Below, piece after piece: positions 61,965-64,000 of a DNA stretch of 64,000 bases. The translations under genes were made by a program, and so were the position numbers. Where the stretch lies: contig JBHGNT010000007.1 of NCBI GenBank assembly GCA_043228905.1, positions 8,122,001-8,186,000 on the forward strand, in the 5' to 3' direction. The stretch is from Azolla caroliniana. Lineage: Eukaryota > Plantae > Polypodiophyta. The notes beneath the pieces are model-generated. The model was not told the origin of the DNA. It searched no databases and was given only the letters and a program-made list of their open reading frames with translations. Position 1 is the stretch's first letter; every line of letters starts with the position of its first letter.

Positions 61965-62052
61965 ATGGAGGGTGCGGCTGCTCCGCCGGAACCGAATGCG
62001 CTGCTGAGGGATCTGTACGAGAAGAAGCGGAACATCAGGCGCATCGCGACGG
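61965..62052 (+). CDS. 5' end of a probable NEAP-like (nuclear envelope-associated coiled-coil) gene, cut by the gap
   Basis: MEGAAAPPEPNALLRDLYEKKRNIRRIAT resembles the recalled NEAP N-terminal DPLLRDL.EKK..FRR. Preceded by a CT/CA-microsatellite 5' region. Only 29 codons visible. Confidence 0.5.
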
Positions 62053-62152
62053 NNNNNNNNNNNNNNNNNNNNNNNNNNNNNNNNNNNNNNNNNNNNNNNN
62101 NNNNNNNNNNNNNNNNNNNNNNNNNNNNNNNNNNNNNNNNNNNNNNNNNNNN
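62053..62152. other. Assembly gap (100 N)
   Basis: Run of exactly 100 n; true size unknown. Confidence 1.
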
Positions 62153-62938
62153 AAGACAGTTGACTCGGATCAACAGATGGATCTGGACGAGTCGGATCGT
62201 CTGAAGGCCAAGGGGACACGGACACAGCGGATGTCGATGCCATCGTGGGAGAACCGATGGATCGGCAAGCGACGGAATCACAGCAGCGTGAGTGCTGAGA
62301 TGGGCCTATTGAACAAACATGCCGACCGAGAGGGTCGAGGCGCGCAGAACCAAAGGGGTCGCGGCAAACGGGACCGGACCAGACGAGGAGCGCAAACAAG
62401 GCGGAGTGACGCCAGGAGAAGTCAGTTGGAAGAACCGACTGCCACAAAGGCCGACACTACGACCCCACCTCAGGTTGAGCTTGCCGCTCAACATTATTCT
62501 TGTTGGTGCAAGAAAAGAGAGAAGAGAGAGAGAAAGAGGTTGTTGCCTCTGTTGTAACCGCCGCCTGTGGCGAAGATCGTGAGCACGAGGTCATTGCCTC
62601 CGTGAACTCACTGTTTTGTACATTCCCAACATAGTGATAGTTTGCAGCTTGTAGGCTGCCGTGGTTTTTCCCTCTTTGGGTTTTCCACGTAAACATTCTG
62701 TGTACCCTTTTCTCTCCTTTGTGTCGCGTGTTTTCGGTTTCCTGTTTCCTGTGTATGAAAAGAATCTCGGTTGGGGCCGAGCGTTGTGCAAAAGGAGCGT
62801 TGAGTTCTCGTCACTGCTCTCTCTATCTCGCTCATGTATTGTGTATTCTTAAGCTACCATTAAACCTGTGTTTCTATTCTATTGTTGTTATCCGGCTGAG
62901 CCGGTTTGTTTACAAGCTTCTGCACGCTATTCTTTACA
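62153..62938 (+). mobile_element. Nested LTR-element ends: B-family 3' ORF piece (62153-62493), A-family LTR 3' half (62494-62813), B-related LTR 3' part (62814-62938)
   Basis: The three parts match 18708-19038, LTR1 3137-3499 and 45605-45730 respectively. Each ends in CA. Confidence 0.88.
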
Positions 62939-62939
62939 T

Positions 62940-64000
62940 ACCTAGTTTTTCAAATGTACGTTAAATACCATATTGGACAAATGTACATGATATTTGACTG
63001 AACAACATTGAGGTATAGTACGTACTATACAAATTTTGAGGTACTATATGTATTTAAATGTTAAATACGGGTATGTAAATAACCATGGTCTACACCTTCC
63101 ATCTGGAGGGCAACTAGTAGCACAAGCTTTGGTTAATGATTGTTTCATGTTTCTACAAGCCTCATGAGAGAATCTTGAGAAGGGGATGCTTGTATGGAAC
63201 CAAATTGCATTGGCTTTCGGATTACATATTAATTGGAGGAAGTCTAGTCTCATATCATGTACTGAAAGGGATTTGGAATGTTTAGGATGGCAAGGATCCG
63301 TGGTGAAGAAAGGATCTATTTTTTGACACTTGGGCTATCCATTAGGAATGAATGTTACAAATGGTCAATTGATTGAATGGATGTCTAGTATGTTGATGGA
63401 TACGTTCATGTATTGGAAGTCACAATCTTGGCCATTTCATGTACACTTGAAGGTTGTACAATGTACTATGGGACCCATGATATTATATTACTTGCCATTG
63501 TTGTCATGGACAAAGAAGGCTTTGCATTCTGTTTTGCAACCTCTTCGCTATTTGTTGTGGAAGAAGAGGGATAAGATGGGAATCACTTGGGTTGCGTGGA
63601 ATCATCTAGCAACCCCTAAGCACTTGGGGGGAGCTGGAATATTGAACTTATCTATGCATATGATGGCTCGTAAATTTTCATTATTACAAGACATGTGTTC
63701 AAGCTCACAACCATGGATATCTATTGTTCAATATTTCATTGAGAACAATTGTTTAACACATGGGAGGATAACGATTAAGGCTTCATGGAGGCAAAATTTA
63801 TTAAATGGATGTATTTCACTTAGAATTCCGGGCTCTTCATGTGTTTAGCACTTGGTTATCTCATGGCAAGAAGCACTCTTGTTATGTGTATGGAAACCAT
63901 CATCTAGTAGAGAGCATTGTAATTCTTTGCAAAAAGAGTTACTTATGTCTTCTCGGCTATTATGTTGGCCAAGAAATGAGAGATTGCGCTCTCAATTTAA
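62940..64000 (+). mobile_element. L1-type LINE ORF2 remnant (RT C-terminal region)
   Basis: TLGYPLG and VAWNHLATPKHLGGAGILNL are typical plant L1 post-RT motifs; stops present. Confidence 0.8.

Noticed and set aside
61788-62447. ORFs spanning the N run
   Set aside because: Artefacts of translating through an assembly gap of unknown size.

Overview
Repeat-rich land-plant nuclear DNA. A fern is my best guess, from the long PLS-type PPR gene, a Tcn1-like chromovirus and abundant microsatellites; this is inference only. Host genes are an intronless PLS-E PPR gene (39686-42334), a two-exon GH17+X8 beta-1,3-glucanase (49045-52216) and the probable first coding exon of a NEAP-like gene cut by a 100-N gap (61965-62052). 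Most of the rest is nested transposons. An 18-kb Ty1/copia composite with three LTRs (2868-20934, TSD TGATA) contains (i) a 4.1-kb DNA transposon with an 8-bp TSD, symmetric bipartite ends and a captured RACK1 gene fragment that the ORF track misses, and (ii) a second copia (13507-19455) whose pol frame runs about 250 aa past RNase H between two identical PPT motifs. Also present: a Tcn1-like gypsy with a Tf1-style self-priming signature, a young copia with a single stop (33353-38797), and hAT, LINE, solo-LTR and truncated copia remnants. All family and homology calls were made by eye from motifs; no database search was run.
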